Virus record (IMG/VR): IMGVR_UViG_3300042544_003795
Span: 64,001-128,000 of that record
Direction: 5' to 3' (one strand)
DNA: 64,000 bases
Origin: a virus
Part shown: positions 1 to 7,343 of the stretch, one piece after another
How the letters are laid out: every line of letters starts with the position of its first letter
Position numbering within the stretch: the stretch's first letter is position 1
Program-made: the position numbers and the translations under genes
Notes under the pieces: model-generated
Told to the model about the DNA's origin: nothing
Seen by the model: only the letters and a program-made list of their open reading frames with translations
The model's database searches: none

Positions 1-214
1 CATTATCATCGTTGCTTTCGTCGCCTCCTCCATCTCCTATTCCGTGACCTTCTCCACAGCCATCTCCCTCTCCATCGCCATCCCCAGATCCATATCCAAA
101 CCCCTCGCCCCAGTTGCACCCATGACCATTGCTAAATCCATGTGGATTTTCATAAATAGGCACAGATTCATCTATGATGAAATCCTTAAATTGGTTATTT
201 AGTAAATTATGCAT
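1..214 (-). CDS. Gly-rich repeat mini-protein, leader class B (3'-truncated by window edge)
   Basis: Not in ORF track; hand-translated from ATG 214: MHNLLNNQFKDFIIDESVPIYENPHGFSNGHGCNWGEGFGYGSGDGDGEG..., open to base 1. Confidence 0.85.
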   Translation of the reverse strand, partial: MHNLLNNQFKDFIIDESVPIYENPHGFSNGHGCNWGEGFGYGSGDGDGEGDGCGEGHGIGDGGGDESNDDN

Positions 215-234
215 AATTAAGTTAAATTCCATTA

Positions 235-510
235 TTAACATCTATCACAGTATCCTTCTCCAGTCCCAGCTCCATTACCTGTACCTAAACCCCAGCCAGA
301 GCCCTTCCACATCCCTATACCACTCCCATCACCCGAGCCTTTACAATCTGACTCTCCCCACGCATCTCCATCTCCATCTCCCCAGCCATATCCATATCCA
401 TCACCATCTTCATATCCACGGCCACTAGAGATTGCAATGGCATCTTCAAAAAGATACGGCGAGTCGCCTGCCATTAAACCTTTAAAATCGTTAATTAGTT
501 GAGTTTTCAT
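235..510 (-). CDS. Gly-rich repeat mini-protein, leader class B
   Basis: Start moved to ATG 510 (MKTQLINDFKGLMAGD...), matching paralog leaders; G-X repeat body. Confidence 0.85.
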   Translation of the reverse strand: MKTQLINDFKGLMAGDSPYLFEDAIAISSGRGYEDGDGYGYGWGDGDGDAWGESDCKGSGDGSGIGMWKGSGWGLGTGNGAGTGEGYCDRC

Positions 511-523
511 AAAAAAAATACAT

Positions 524-862
524 CTAGATCCAATGCCACCCTCCAAAGTCAACAACCCCATCCCCACTTCCTCTACCACTGCCACAACCAAAACCATCAC
601 CAACATTATAGCTATCTCCATAACCATTAGAGTGACCGTACCCATAACCAGAACCGTCTTCATTGCCAAATCCTGACCAGTACCCTTCTCCCTGTCCGTC
701 ACCACCCTCTTCACCATCTCCATCTCCGCTCCCAGATCCATAGCCAAAACCTATCCCGTTGCCACATCCAGAGCCATTGCTAAATCCAGTTAGGTCTTCA
801 GAAAGATCGAGAGATGCATCTACAACCAAGCTTTTAAATTTGTTAATTAGTAAAGTATTCAT
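524..862 (-). CDS. Gly-rich repeat mini-protein, leader class B
   Basis: MNTLLINKFKSLVVD...FSNGSG then G-X repeats. Confidence 0.88.
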   Translation of the reverse strand: MNTLLINKFKSLVVDASLDLSEDLTGFSNGSGCGNGIGFGYGSGSGDGDGEEGGDGQGEGYWSGFGNEDGSGYGYGHSNGYGDSYNVGDGFGCGSGRGSGDGVVDFGGWHWI

Positions 863-865
863 AAT

Positions 866-1162
866 TTAATTAATTACTACCCCATCTCCATCTCCATAAC
901 AAACTCCATTAATTACTACCCCGTCCCCATCCCCATCCCCATAACAATTTCCATTTCCATTTCCGAGTCCATTTCCTGATCCAAATCCATCGCCATCATT
1001 GTAGCCATAACTATCCTCACTCTCTTCTCCAACACCATAACAGAAACCTAGACCGAGACCGAACCCACGCCCATTACTCATTACAATCGAATTTTTAAAA
1101 AGATAAGCAGAATCGCTATCAGCGATTAAACCTTTAAATTGATTAATTAGTAAAGTATTCAT
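866..1162 (-). CDS. Gly-rich repeat mini-protein, leader class B
   Basis: Start moved to ATG 1162 (MNTLLINQFKGLIAD...); leader DNA nearly identical to that at 862. Confidence 0.88.
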   Translation of the reverse strand: MNTLLINQFKGLIADSDSAYLFKNSIVMSNGRGFGLGLGFCYGVGEESEDSYGYNDGDGFGSGNGLGNGNGNCYGDGDGDGVVINGVCYGDGDGVVIN

Positions 1163-1412
1163 AAATTTCAAGTCCCATACCTCTACCATTACCAGATCCA
1201 AACCCAGCTCCATTACCAGATCCAAATCCATGACCTGATCCCGGTCCATACCCAGTTCCATAACAATGTACTGATCGAGAGCCGTCTTCACCAAATCCTG
1301 ATCCATTTCCAAACCCCTGACCATCTATAGACCCTGAACCGTGTCCATGTTCACATGGTTCAAGTACAGGAGAGCTTGTAAATGCGTGGTGATTACAAAG
1401 AGAAAATTTCAT
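1143..1412 (-). CDS. Gly-rich repeat mini-protein, divergent leader class A
   Basis: MKFSLCNHHAF... then GxGxG repeats. Confidence 0.82.
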   Translation of the reverse strand: MKFSLCNHHAFTSSPVLEPCEHGHGSGSIDGQGFGNGSGFGEDGSRSVHCYGTGYGPGSGHGFGSGNGAGFGSGNGRGMGLEIYEYFTN

Positions 1413-1415
1413 AAT

Positions 1416-1664
1416 TTAAATTATCCAGTTAATTGTATACCCAGTACCGTCACCTGTACCATCACCTTTCCCCTTTCCTGATCCTTCATCATATCCAGAT
1501 GAATAACCAGAACCATCACCAGACCCAGCTCCATCAATAAACCCACAGCCAAACCCATAACCAAGCCCAGATCCATCACCTAACCCATAGCCAGACCCAG
1601 ATCCATCACCAGATCTACAGATCAAATCAGCAAAATCACCATGATGTCTATAAAATAAATTCAT
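1416..1664 (-). CDS. Gly-rich repeat mini-protein, leader class A
   Basis: MNLFYRHHGDFADLIC then GSGSGYG repeats. Confidence 0.88.
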   Translation of the reverse strand: MNLFYRHHGDFADLICRSGDGSGSGYGLGDGSGLGYGFGCGFIDGAGSGDGSGYSSGYDEGSGKGKGDGTGDGTGYTINWII

Positions 1665-1672
1665 ATTATCTA

Positions 1673-1924
1673 TTAAGACTCGTCTCCAGCTCCATCACCT
1701 AATCCATTGCAGTATCCTGATCCATCACCTAACCCATCTTCAAACATACTTTTAAGTCCAAATACACCATATCCACAACCAAACCCATAAATAGACCCAT
1801 AACCACTACCGAATCCATATGCATCACCAGATCCGTCGCCAGTTCCATGACCAGATCCAGATCCAAATCCAGATCCACAAATCAAATCAGCACAATATCC
1901 GTTATGTATATAAAGTAAATTCAT
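1673..1924 (-). CDS. Gly-rich repeat mini-protein, leader class A
   Basis: MNLLYIHNGYCADLIC then GSGFGSG repeats. Confidence 0.88.
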   Translation of the reverse strand: MNLLYIHNGYCADLICGSGFGSGSGHGTGDGSGDAYGFGSGYGSIYGFGCGYGVFGLKSMFEDGLGDGSGYCNGLGDGAGDES

Positions 1925-1967
1925 AAGTTAATCGCTGTTTCTAAAACCAAATCCATTTCCTGTACCA

Positions 1968-2315
1968 TCACCAAAGCCAATACATGTGCTGAACTTGTCT
2001 GCTACCCCCATCTCCCTCGCCGTCCCCATCTCCAGCACCATCGCCCTCTCCATATCCATCTCCAGATCCATCTCCAGATCCCTCTCCAGACCCAAAACCA
2101 CAAGAAGATCCCCACCCGTCACCATAGCCATCACCTTCACCATAACCATCTCCAGACCCAGAGCCTCCGCCTGAACCATAACTAAATCCGCATCCATCAC
2201 CAAAGCCAGCCGCGAAGCCACATCCATCACCATCACCATATCCAGATCTACCTCCATCGCCAAATCCATGGATTACATTAGGAGAGAATCCTTGATGTGC
2301 GTGAAGTAAATTCAT
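1968..2315 (-). CDS. Gly-rich repeat mini-protein, leader class A (probable frameshift near 2005-2009)
   Basis: Start moved to ATG 2315 (MNLLHAHQGFSPNVIHG...); a Gly-rich tail continues in another frame to 1928. Confidence 0.82.
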   Translation of the reverse strand: MNLLHAHQGFSPNVIHGFGDGGRSGYGDGDGCGFAAGFGDGCGFSYGSGGGSGSGDGYGEGDGYGDGWGSSCGFGSGEGSGDGSGDGYGEGDGAGDGDGEGDGGSRQVQHMYWLW

Positions 2316-2320
2316 AAAAT

Positions 2321-2353
2321 AAAAAAAGCGGAGCAGGGATATTCCTGCCCCGC
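2321..2353 (-). terminator. Intrinsic terminator between the DUF6948-like gene and the Gly-rich array
   Basis: Minus strand GCGGGGCAGG-AATATC-CCTGCTCCGC followed by T7. Confidence 0.85.
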
Positions 2354-2367
2354 AATTTTTCGTATTA

Positions 2368-2733
2368 CTATTCGACGAATTTAATGTAAGTAGCCTCGGC
2401 TTCTGGAGTAGTTGGGATATATTCAATAGCATTCGTCAGATAAACCTCTCCGGTTGCATTCAAACGGCCTCCTTTAATGCCGTCTTTAGCTACAGCAGAT
2501 AGACTTAGACCGCCGCCTTCCCATTTCCATAGTCGCAAGGCATTTTTTAGTTTCACTTCCATCGAATTAGTTGGGTTTACATATTCTACGTCTCCGATAT
2601 GAACACCAGCCGAGTATGTTCGAATGATACAGCGGCGACCTAGCATTGGATGAGGAGGGGAAACAGATGAGTTAAGCCCTGAAAACATAGAAGCTAACTG
2701 TTTGGCTTCGCCAATTGTCATATTGTCAATCAT
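2368..2733 (-). CDS. DUF6948-like phage protein
   Basis: MIDNMTIGEAKQL...IIRTYSAGVHIG...LKNALRLWKW...SLSAVAKDGI; start moved to 2733 because the longer ORF overlaps a tRNA. Confidence 0.8.
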   Translation of the reverse strand: MIDNMTIGEAKQLASMFSGLNSSVSPPHPMLGRRCIIRTYSAGVHIGDVEYVNPTNSMEVKLKNALRLWKWEGGGLSLSAVAKDGIKGGRLNATGEVYLTNAIEYIPTTPEAEATYIKFVE

Positions 2734-2770
2734 ATTATTATTTTGTTTTTGTTTTTTAACTAAGAAAAAA

Positions 2771-2846
2771 TGGTAGGCCATGATGGAATCGAACCATCGA
2801 CACAAGGATTATGAGTCCTCTGCTCTAACCGCTGAGCTAATGGCCT
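2771..2846 (-). tRNA. tRNA with CAT anticodon, most likely Ile2 (lysidine)
   Basis: AGGCCAT/ATGGCCT acceptor stem, anticodon arm GAGGA-CTCATAA-TCCTT, GTTCGA T-loop, encoded CCA. Confidence 0.93.
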
Positions 2847-2852
2847 GTAAAT

Positions 2853-2928
2853 TGGTAGGTACTGAGGAATTCGAATCCTCACTGGAACGATTTTAAGTCG
2901 TTTGTCTCTGCCGTTGGACTAAGTACCC
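2853..2928 (-). tRNA. tRNA-Leu(TAA), short variable loop
   Basis: GGGTACT/AGTACCT acceptor, AACGA-CTTAAAA-TCGTT, TTCGAAT loop, CCA. Confidence 0.92.
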
Positions 2929-2944
2929 ATTTGTTGAGAAAGAT

Positions 2945-3019
2945 TGGTAGCCCCACCAAGAATCGAACTTGGATCATCTAATTAGAAGTCAGATGCTTTA
3001 TCCGTTAAGCTATGGGGCC
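2945..3019 (-). tRNA. tRNA-Arg(TCT)
   Basis: GGCCCCA/TGGGGCT acceptor, TCTGA-CTTCTAA-TTAGA, GTTCGA, CCA. Confidence 0.94.
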
Positions 3020-3037
3020 TTTTGTCTTTCTTTTACT

Positions 3038-3065
3038 ATTCTAGCACAACCAAACCGAAAGTCAA
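3038..3065 (-). promoter_or_regulatory. sigma70-type promoter for the tRNA cluster
   Basis: TTGACT-N16-TAGAAT, 18 nt upstream of tRNA-Arg. Confidence 0.8.
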
Positions 3066-3071
3066 GGGATT

Positions 3072-3791
3072 TTAGTAAAATCTTTTAGCAAAATCTTCAT
3101 CAAATGGTCGAATTTCTTCAATATTTAAGCAAATACATTTGATTCCGTTGTAATTTGACTGATGAGATTTATGAAAATGGCCATAATGCCAAGTCTTTAT
3201 TTTCTTTTCCTGATTTTCTATTAGAGAGTCTACCCAATCTTTAATAGACTGAGATTCTTTTTCTAGATCGGAAATTAAATCTTGATCATATTTAGCGAAA
3301 GCGACCACCATTTCCCCCTTAATTGGAAAGCTTGTGACCTCAGGAAAAGAAGAATGAGTCACTAAATGATTAATTTCAGTCTCTATTTTCTTAAAAGGCT
3401 TAAATGCCTCATCTTCCCAAATATCAATTTCATTTATTCTTTGAGATCTGTCAATGGAAATCGCTCCACCATTGAAAAGTATTTTTTCTCCATTCCAAGT
3501 AGCAATCGTTCCATCTCTTAGAAAATGTATACCTCCGTAATAACCGCCATACATTCTACCATCGAAAAAAGATGGGTCATCGTGATTCCCTCTAACAACA
3601 TAAACATTTTTGCTAAAGTTATTTAATTCTTGCCCTAATTGTGAAATTTTAGGCATAGAACCTTTAAAACCGACTCCAAAATCACCTACATGGATCAAGT
3701 TTTGAGTATCTCCGAGTTCAGCCCATCTTGAGATAGACCGATTACTCCCATGGGTATCACCAATAATATCTATATTGCCTATAATATTCAT
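3072..3791 (-). CDS. Calcineurin-like metallophosphoesterase
   Basis: GDTHG, GDFG, GNHD, VTH, GHFH motifs. Confidence 0.9.
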   Translation of the reverse strand: MNIIGNIDIIGDTHGSNRSISRWAELGDTQNLIHVGDFGVGFKGSMPKISQLGQELNNFSKNVYVVRGNHDDPSFFDGRMYGGYYGGIHFLRDGTIATWNGEKILFNGGAISIDRSQRINEIDIWEDEAFKPFKKIETEINHLVTHSSFPEVTSFPIKGEMVVAFAKYDQDLISDLEKESQSIKDWVDSLIENQEKKIKTWHYGHFHKSHQSNYNGIKCICLNIEEIRPFDEDFAKRFY

Positions 3792-3982
3792 TTAAATTTA
3801 ATTTCGTTTGGTAATGACATCTCTAAATATTCTAAGTACTCAGCATTATCTTCTTCTTTACTCTTATCGTCAAAATCTATTTTTACTATTTTTAATGGTT
3901 TCGAGCTTAAAATTCTAGAGATTTTATCGTTTTCAAAGATTAGAGCCACATTTACAGGTCGATTTGATTCATTATAATTCAT
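3788..3982 (-). CDS. Hypothetical protein
   Basis: 64-aa ORF with 4-nt overlap to the next gene. Confidence 0.6.
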   Translation of the reverse strand: MNYNESNRPVNVALIFENDKISRILSSKPLKIVKIDFDDKSKEEDNAEYLEYLEMSLPNEIKFK

Positions 3983-4071
3983 TTAATTCTGCTCCATTTA
4001 ATTTTTTAGATTACAATGGATATACTTACGAAAAGGCAGAATGTTATTACAGATATTTTATATCAGGAATC

Positions 4072-4857
4072 TTAAGTATTTTTATTAAAAAGCCAATTTA
4101 AATCAACTGTACTTCCATTTTCTTTCCACCAATCAGATATTATGCTAGACGACTCTTTCTGGCTATTTTTATGTTCGGATTTAATAAAATCTGGATAGAA
4201 AGAAGATTTTACATTAATATTTTCAACAAATAAAGGGAATGTATAAATATTTTCTTTATTAGAGACGTTGTATAAAACATTTTCAATGAAAGGGGTACTT
4301 TTAGGGAAAAATGGTAAATTTAAATCATAACTATTGTCGCCCTTAACATAACAATCTATAATTATTTTAGCATATTTTCTTGAAATTAAATAAGAACATG
4401 CAGACCAATTATCCCAATCATACTGATGGAGTCTTACATAATCTTCTAATCTTTCTTTTACAAAAGGATCTTTAATTAAAGATAATTGAACTGCCAACCA
4501 GCCATTTGGTAAATTTTTAATTACATAATCCCAATCAAAAGACCAATACTCATTCATGCTTAAAAGCAAATCGTCTTCACAAAAAAAACCATATTCATCA
4601 TCAGAATTAAAAAACCAATCCTTGATAGCTTTTAAGTGAGAAAGGACAGCAGATATTTCTCCTGCGTTCATAAAACCCAGTAAATGACTTTCAACTTTTA
4701 CATCTTCGCCTAATGGATTTTTTAGATTTTCGTAACCATAAGTGAAATTATAACTTAAATTATACTTTTCGCATTGTTTTATAAATAAAGATTGCCTTTC
4801 TTCTAATCTTTTTAAAGTTATGCAATTTATAGTAGGTAAATTAATTAAATTATTCAT
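4072..4857 (-). CDS. Glycosyltransferase family 25
   Basis: CITLKRLEER, GEISAVLSH, CEDD, SYLISRKYA motifs. Confidence 0.85.
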   Translation of the reverse strand: MNNLINLPTINCITLKRLEERQSLFIKQCEKYNLSYNFTYGYENLKNPLGEDVKVESHLLGFMNAGEISAVLSHLKAIKDWFFNSDDEYGFFCEDDLLLSMNEYWSFDWDYVIKNLPNGWLAVQLSLIKDPFVKERLEDYVRLHQYDWDNWSACSYLISRKYAKIIIDCYVKGDNSYDLNLPFFPKSTPFIENVLYNVSNKENIYTFPLFVENINVKSSFYPDFIKSEHKNSQKESSSIISDWWKENGSTVDLNWLFNKNT

Positions 4858-5008
4858 TTTTATTTAAATTTTTAGGATACTTTTCTCCTAACATTTTTCT
4901 TAAATATTGCAAGCAATTATCTGCCCATTCTTTTTTAGAAATTTCCCCTGCTTTTAATTTTTTATATAAATCGGAATGAAAAGAAGAATTATATTCAGGA
5001 TTTTTCAT
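4850..5008 (-). CDS. Small hypothetical protein (52 aa)
   Basis: Hand-translated MKNPEYNSSFHSDLYKKLKAGEISKKEW...; overlaps both neighbours. Confidence 0.55.
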   Translation of the reverse strand: MKNPEYNSSFHSDLYKKLKAGEISKKEWADNCLQYLRKMLGEKYPKNLNKNE

Positions 5009-5259
5009 TTTTTACTATAAAGATGCTCTCTAATTTCGTTAATATAACGACTTACAGACATTAAATTTTCAGATTGATCTCTCCTTTCTGAAAGAGCCTC
5101 TATCCAAGCTTCCTGTCCCTGAACATAATAATCTCTAGCATGGAAATCTATTTCTTCCCATTTTTTGACAAAAGTGTTAAAAGCTTTAGACAATTCATCG
5201 TATTGCTTGATCAAGCTATCTCTTCCTGTCCCATTAGAATGTATACTAGGTAGTCTCAT
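5005..5259 (-). CDS. Hypothetical phage protein
   Basis: 84-aa ORF directly behind a promoter. Confidence 0.75.
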   Translation of the reverse strand: MRLPSIHSNGTGRDSLIKQYDELSKAFNTFVKKWEEIDFHARDYYVQGQEAWIEALSERRDQSENLMSVSRYINEIREHLYSKK

Positions 5260-5264
5260 ACTTC

Positions 5265-5292
5265 AATATATCATATTAATTTTAGTTGTCAA
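5265..5292 (-). promoter_or_regulatory. sigma70-type promoter (probably leaderless transcript)
   Basis: TTGACA-N16-TATATT, 5 nt before ATG 5259. Confidence 0.8.
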
Positions 5293-5307
5293 ACTTTTAA
5301 TTACAAT

Positions 5308-5766
5308 TTAAAGCCAAGAGGGTTTTTCTCTTTTGCTCCATTTAAACAAATGAGTTTTGCCTACCCTGTAATAATCTTGATAGTCTGTCACTATGCACGA
5401 GGTTTTACATGCCTCAATAGCGCCAAAGCAACGAGGAGGATCAATAAATCCAGTGTCAGGCAGATTAGGCAAATTATCAGCGAACCAATCTGCAACATTT
5501 TGGCTTTTATGTTTTTTACCATATCTGTATGTATACTCGCCACACAAAGCGTAACAATAATCTAAAGTCCAAATAAAGTTGTCGAGGCTAGATCTAACCC
5601 AGACAGCCATGGGATGATTAGCATGAGTGTGTTTGTAAGGAGCGCCTCCCTTAGGATAAGCTGTCGCCATCATCTGGCAAGCTTCAAGGATGATTTTTAC
5701 CACATGGCGGTCCACATGGTACTCTGCGCATTTTTTTGGTTCAAGGTCAAGGAAGAAGATGTTCAC
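5308..5766 (-). CDS. Pyrimidine-dimer DNA glycosylase (DenV-like superfamily) protein
   Basis: MNIFFLD...HVDRHVVKIILE.CQM, H.NHP..W, EYTYRYGK.H, W.KR..P.W. Confidence 0.8.
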   Translation of the reverse strand: MNIFFLDLEPKKCAEYHVDRHVVKIILEACQMMATAYPKGGAPYKHTHANHPMAVWVRSSLDNFIWTLDYCYALCGEYTYRYGKKHKSQNVADWFADNLPNLPDTGFIDPPRCFGAIEACKTSCIVTDYQDYYRVGKTHLFKWSKREKPSWL

Positions 5767-5772
5767 AGAATG

Positions 5773-5800
5773 AATATACTACTTTTCACAAGAAAATCAA
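5773..5800 (-). promoter_or_regulatory. sigma70-type promoter (probably leaderless transcript)
   Basis: TTGATT-N16-TATATT, 6 nt before GTG 5766. Confidence 0.65.
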
Positions 5801-5836
5801 TAGCTTTTTTTCACAGAAAGCTAAAAAACTGTCAAA

Positions 5837-6238
5837 TGGTGGACCTAGTGGGTAATGCTCCCACGTCTTTAATTCTTCCTCACCGATTAGTTACATGTTT
5901 TTCTTTTTTTTCGATAAAAGACAATCTATTTTCTTTTACTGTAAAACAACAGTCATTTTGAGAAAATGATAAACAAACTTATTTTCTTTAAATAAGCAAA
6001 CTAGCTATTTTCTGTTTAAAGGAATAACTTCCCACCCTGCTAGACAGATGCCATTTCTGGACTGTATTTTGCAAGTACCTCGTCTGCTGAATTGAAGATG
6101 GCTTCAGCTTCGGCAATCAAGGCGTCGAACTCATTGGTTTCGGCATTTATTTGTTTTTTCCCGTTTTTTAAAGTGGCCAACGAGAATCCACTACATGCTA
6201 ACCAGTAACTCGAAATTAAATCGAATCTATTTAGGCCC
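5837..6238 (-). ncRNA. ssrA: tmRNA; tag reading frame 6144..6040
   Basis: 5' GGGCCTA...GATTCGA pairs with 3' TAGGTCC-ACCA including G3.U; T-arm GTGGG/CCCAC; PK1-like segment; ATAAAT-GCC resume context. Confidence 0.9.
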
Positions 6239-6258
6239 AAAAATTTCAAAGAACAGAC

Positions 6259-6549
6259 TTAAGGTTGTAAATTAAACCCAAAGTAAATAGGATTACCTTC
6301 CACAGGCAAATAAAGATCATCCACCGATTCTCCTAAACCTTTCTCAATCTTAGCTAAATCGTATAAAGTTTCAGATAAGGCATTGCCCTCTTCTTTCAAT
6401 CTCAAAGCCTTTACATTAAAATAATCATCAGAAGAAGACAAAAATAATTCGATCTGATAACCAATATCAGAAGCTTGGCTTACTCTTTCTGGTAAAAACC
6501 TTTTCACCAAAGGCAAATAACAGTTTTCAATTTCTTGAATAATTTTCAT
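6259..6549 (-). CDS. Hypothetical protein
   Basis: 96-aa ORF in tight gene string. Confidence 0.7.
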   Translation of the reverse strand: MKIIQEIENCYLPLVKRFLPERVSQASDIGYQIELFLSSSDDYFNVKALRLKEEGNALSETLYDLAKIEKGLGESVDDLYLPVEGNPIYFGFNLQP

Positions 6550-6550
6550 T

Positions 6551-7003
6551 TTAGTCGTTTTTACAAATAATTAATTTAATTTCTGATTCTTCAAACAATT
6601 CGCTAAGCATAGAGATAATAACCTTCCAACTACCTCCAGATGTTTTACACCCCAGATCAAAAGGTATCGCGATTCTATATCCGGGTTTTAGATAAATTTT
6701 TAATTCTTCAAAAGCTAGATAAAAAGCTTCATAGTTTGTTTTTCTTCCTATTCCCTGAATTTTTTCAAAGCATAGGTTAAAAATCTCACCGTTTTTAGTT
6801 TTGATAAAACTGACCGAGCCTAGGCCTTGAGCCCTTAATAGACTTTGGTGGCAAGATTTTAATAGTTCTGGATATTGAGAGAACAGAATCTTAGATGTAG
6901 AAGAATGGCCAGACCAATTGCTATTAACTCCATGAGCAATACCATCAATCTTTTTTTCCTCGAACAATTCTATCAAGTTTGTTTTTTCTAATAGTTCTAT
7001 CAT
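6551..7003 (-). CDS. Macrodomain-like (ADP-ribose binding/processing) protein, divergent
   Basis: IAHGVN, IFNL, YEAF, IAIP..LGC..SGGSW..I pattern. Confidence 0.72.
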   Translation of the reverse strand: MIELLEKTNLIELFEEKKIDGIAHGVNSNWSGHSSTSKILFSQYPELLKSCHQSLLRAQGLGSVSFIKTKNGEIFNLCFEKIQGIGRKTNYEAFYLAFEELKIYLKPGYRIAIPFDLGCKTSGGSWKVIISMLSELFEESEIKLIICKND

Positions 7004-7209
7004 TTTAAATTTAGGTTTACCGAAAATAAATTCTTAACTTGATATACTCTTGATTGCCTCCCAGCACCGACATTAGTTCTCTGAGAGATCTTATTGGCGA
7101 AACCAGTTTTCTCCATAATTTTAATTAAAATATAAAACTCTTGCAGGGTCAAATTTATATTTTCCAAAACAATAGATTCGTGTAATTCCTTAACTGTGCC
7201 AGTATGCAT
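7000..7209 (-). CDS. Hypothetical protein (possible winged helix)
   Basis: 69 aa, C-terminal GAGRQSRVY. Confidence 0.55.
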   Translation of the reverse strand: MHTGTVKELHESIVLENINLTLQEFYILIKIMEKTGFANKISQRTNVGAGRQSRVYQVKNLFSVNLNLK

Positions 7210-7343
7210 TTCTTGTGGTTTGTTTTAATTTTATACAAATTATCAATCATCTACTAGTAGTTCTCAAGGGAATCTTACGCAAATTGTTATGCAATATTTT
7301 ATACACTAGTATTTAATTGAAGATCTTATCTAAATTTATATAT

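Noticed and set aside
174-2269. His/Pro/Ser-rich plus-strand ORFs and Met/Val/Asp-rich alternative-frame ORFs (174-428, 1986-2174, 1928-2269, 5' extensions to 747, 1324, 2432)
   Set aside because: Shadow frames of GGN-rich repeats; the true starts are defined by the paralogous leaders
1-2315. Gly-rich region as a CRISPR array or non-coding satellite
   Set aside because: No fixed repeat-spacer structure; variation follows codon positions of Gly-X ORFs
2734-2805. N-terminal extension of the DUF6948-like ORF
   Set aside because: Overlaps the CAT tRNA; ATG 2733 is the plausible start
5808-5835. TTGACA just downstream of the tmRNA as a promoter
   Set aside because: No -10 element at 16-17 bp
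6040-6249. 69-aa protein-coding gene
   Set aside because: Lies within the tmRNA; only 6144-6040 is meaningful, as the tag frame
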